Below are positions 63,875 to 64,000 of a stretch of 64,000 nucleotides of DNA, piece by piece. The notes below the pieces were generated by a model. That model worked only from the letters and a program-made list of their open reading frames with translations. It had not been told where the DNA came from and ran no database searches. Within the stretch, counting starts at the first letter, position 1, and the number at the start of each line of letters is the position of its first letter. The stretch is from Octopus vulgaris (lineage: Eukaryota): assembly GCA_951406725.2 (NCBI GenBank), contig OX597821.1, forward strand, positions 94,488,001 to 94,552,000. Direction: 5' to 3'. The position numbers and the translations under genes were made by a program.

Positions 63875-64000
63875 TGTGTGTATATATAAATATACATACA
63901 TATATAAAAATGACCACTTAGTATTTTTCTCGACACGGCGTTTTACATACAACTAAATAAAGACATAAAAATGTCCTTTGCTTCAACTTCATCACAGCAG

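Overview
AT-rich, repeat-saturated eukaryotic DNA with no convincing host protein-coding gene. Almost every listed ORF is a translation of a microsatellite or a SINE. The SINE repertoire and the (TA)n/(CA)n/(CATA)n/(TATC)n/(ATT)n density point to an octopus/coleoid cephalopod intron or intergenic region (inference). Bases 1-8711 recur at 9577-18116 across a 100-N gap, probably two uncollapsed haplotypes. The window holds at least four tRNA-derived SINE families (A-D, my labels), two Chapaev3-type transposase relics (one with TIRs and a TAA target duplication), a pogo relic, a hAT MITE with an 8-bp TSD, a non-autonomous Helitron, foldback MITEs, and LINE fragments (R4-like, CR1-like, RTE-like, Tx1/L1-like). 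The most notable signals are: (1) minimal hammerhead-ribozyme motifs in three short repeat families, one behind a tRNA-like head; (2) SINE family C, which appears to insert into itself at two fixed internal positions to build head-to-tail multimers; (3) swapping of SINE heads and tails between families. All coordinates were read by eye and element ends are approximate unless a TSD is given.
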